Source: the human T2T-CHM13v2.0 reference genome, Homo sapiens | Direction: 5' to 3' (one strand) | DNA length: 64,000 bases | NCBI RefSeq assembly: GCF_009914755.1 | Contig: NC_060938.1 | Position numbers and translations under genes: made by a program | Notes under the pieces: generated by a model | Told to the model about the DNA's origin: nothing | Database searches by the model: none | The model's input: the letters and a program-made list of their open reading frames with translations, nothing else | Shown: positions 57,349-64,000 of the stretch, one piece after another | Numbering within the stretch: the first letter of the stretch is position 1 | Layout: the number at the start of each line of letters is the position of its first letter

Positions 57349-57685
57349 TTTTTTGAGATAGGGTCTCACTCTGGCACACAGGCTGGAGTGCAGTGGTGCA
57401 GTCTCAGCTCACTTTAGCCTCAACTTCCTGGAATCAAGTATCAATAAATCTTATCTACAGGGAGGGTAAACTAGTGCAAGGCTGAAGCCATGATTGGTAA
57501 AGAAGTTGCAGTCACTCATATTAACCTGGAGAGAAGGATGTTTGGTATTTTGTGGGTGGCAGTGACACTAATTTTGTCTGTAAGCAGACAAAATTAGGCA
57601 GTGGACTTGTTTTGTATCATTCTATCATGGTTTTGGAGTGAACTTGTTTCATGTTGATGTTCTGTGAGGTGTCCAAAAGAATAGT

Positions 57686-58772
<1,087 letters not shown>

Positions 58773-58919
58773 ATTTTTTTTTTTTTAATTGTTGAGAACT
58801 TGAGAATCTAGTGACTTGAGTGAAGTCAGAAGGTTGTATGGGCCAAAAAATCTAGTTTCTTGGTTGATAATCAAAGAGTACTTGAGATTATGGATGCTAA
58901 ATGGTTAATCTGGATTCTA

Positions 58920-59190
58920 TGCCCCTGGCTTTGGGCAAGTTACATAGCTATTTTACACCTTGTTTTCTTTATCTGGGTATAATGATATGTAATAATAATA
59001 GCTCACACCTGAAGCCCTTACAGTGTAACCCCACTGTTCTAAGCATTTTACATATATATTTATATATAAGCTTATTAATCCTCACAACAATCTACTGCTT
59101 TTATCTTTTTCTATTTATCTTTATTTATAAATGAGGAAACTGAGCACAGAAAGGTTAAGTGGCATGGCCAAAGCTACAGTTAGTAAATGT
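58920..59190. mobile_element. MIR fragments in opposite orientations
   Basis: TTGGGCAAGTTAC...TTATCTG and ATGAGGAAACTGAGCACAGAAAGGTTAAG cores. Confidence 0.6.
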
Positions 59191-59208
59191 CAGAACAGAC
59201 GGGCAGTG

Positions 59209-59933
<725 letters not shown>

Positions 59934-60172
59934 TCAAGATAACAAATAAAAATTGTTACTAAAAGTTATAAAGGAGTTATCCTTAATTTGGAGCACATAT
60001 ACAGGGGTGTGTAGACAAGTGGGATAGAAAAAGCAAATATTAAAATTGTTATTTATATTTGTCACCCATTTAAACATACATATTTTGTTTTATAATGACA
60101 ATTTATTAGTACAAAAACAAGTCTATATATAATTTTTTTAAATGCACACAAATACTATTGGGGTAGTGGCTC

Positions 60173-60206
<34 letters not shown>

Positions 60207-60404
60207 AAGATAAGGGTGTAATCACTGCAATAAAATAAAGACAGGTATCACAATGGCCCTGCCCTCAAAGAGTTACAGTGTACTGGGGACAGAAGGCTAA
60301 TCTTTTTAAAGTGTGGTTAATAGATCACGGTAGATGAATACATATTATAGATCAATTCGTGATTATATGTCCCAAATAACCCGTAGAAATAATAACTGTC
60401 ATGA

Positions 60405-60716
<312 letters not shown>

Positions 60717-60897
60717 TAAGGCTACATCCCCTACAGGGCTAAGACACTGGGAAGGACTGATGTGCCAGCCACGTTTTCCTCACTGCCTTCTTCTGCCCAC
60801 CACCCCATTTTGTTCTTTTGTTCTCACTCCCTCCTTTCTGCCTCCCTAAAATCTTTATTTCCTGAGTTGGGATATCAGATTCAAAATTCTAAATTCA

Positions 60898-61398
<501 letters not shown>

Positions 61399-61807
61399 CT
61401 AGAGTAGACACCTCATTCTCATGGCCCTAAATCAGGAATGAGTAACCTAGGTAAAGGAAATCTACACACAGCATTTCATTAAGTACTCTTATTTTATTAG
61501 TAAGTACTCACTTATTTTGCTTAGTGTGGTCCTATAATTTCAAGTTCCATACTCCAGACAACCAAACGCATGCAAAAACAACTGAAAGTAGAAAACTTGC
61601 ATGAATTTAAATTTCAGTTCCATTTAACAGTTCAGCATAGCTGGCCACCTGTTATGTACTGGGCACTAGATACAAAGATGGTTAGAGTTAGACACACAGT
61701 CTCTGCCCTGGACAAGCTTCCACCTTTCTTTTTTCTTCCTATTTGTACTTACTCACTTGAGGATCTATAGTCTGGCTGACTTTAGTTGCAGTTTTTTGCA
61801 AGAGTAA

Positions 61808-62056
<249 letters not shown>

Positions 62057-62258
62057 TGAGTTCTTCTCATTTATCCCATGTTGTTATTCCTGCCACTTTA
62101 ATTAGAAAGACATCATTTAGGGAACAAATGAATGTTGGTGATTTGAGTCTTTTCAGCATGATCAGGGAAGATGAAAGTCGACCCTAGGTCAAATTCCAAC
62201 TTCATTGCTTAAAAGTGGAAAACAAGCGTCTCTCTGTTCTCTGAGGAAATGAAAATAA

Positions 62259-63921
<1,663 letters not shown>

Positions 63922-64000
63922 CTAAAGGAGATAAGTTTATGTATAAAAGGATATTTGCTGCCTCACTATATAGAAGGAAAACGACTTCATCCTCATCACC

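Overview
Human-type (primate) genomic DNA, extremely Alu-dense, recognisable as the HNRNPC / RPGRIP1 head-to-head locus (14q11.2, from recalled gene order). Left half (1-~28.9 kb): 5' end of HNRNPC on the minus strand, with a CpG-island promoter (~28.2-29.35 kb), non-coding exon 1 (donor at 28711), a 26-nt non-coding micro-exon 2 (22725-22750) and part of the long following intron. No HNRNPC coding sequence is in the window. Right half: RPGRIP1 on the plus strand, with a probable non-coding exon 1 (donor 39590, CRX/OTX-type motifs upstream) and five coding exons (47419-47503, 54120-54252, 60437-60708, 61959-62055, 62801-63013; 800 nt, [10 protein letters not shown]...QKAAEL). Also present are a degraded MRPS17 retro-pseudogene fragment, Tigger3/Tigger2a/MER5A/MLT1 relics and roughly 100 Alus; almost all supplied ORFs are Alu artefacts. 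The most interesting stretch is a ~3-kb Alu-free island around HNRNPC exon 2. Within ~1 kb it holds an upstream NAGNAG acceptor that adds a 43-codon uORF, a U-tract-saturated micro-exon, an intronic poly(A) signal and a candidate exon with a strong-Kozak uATG, which together suggest a multi-layer hnRNP C autoregulatory module (inference). Other notable items: an AG|GTAAGA recursive-splice motif at RPGRIP1 exon 3, a mosaic AluYa5/old-AluY element, an Alu polarity flip at the promoter and an ancient ~200-bp local duplication. Repeat boundaries were read by eye and are approximate; no database searches were run.
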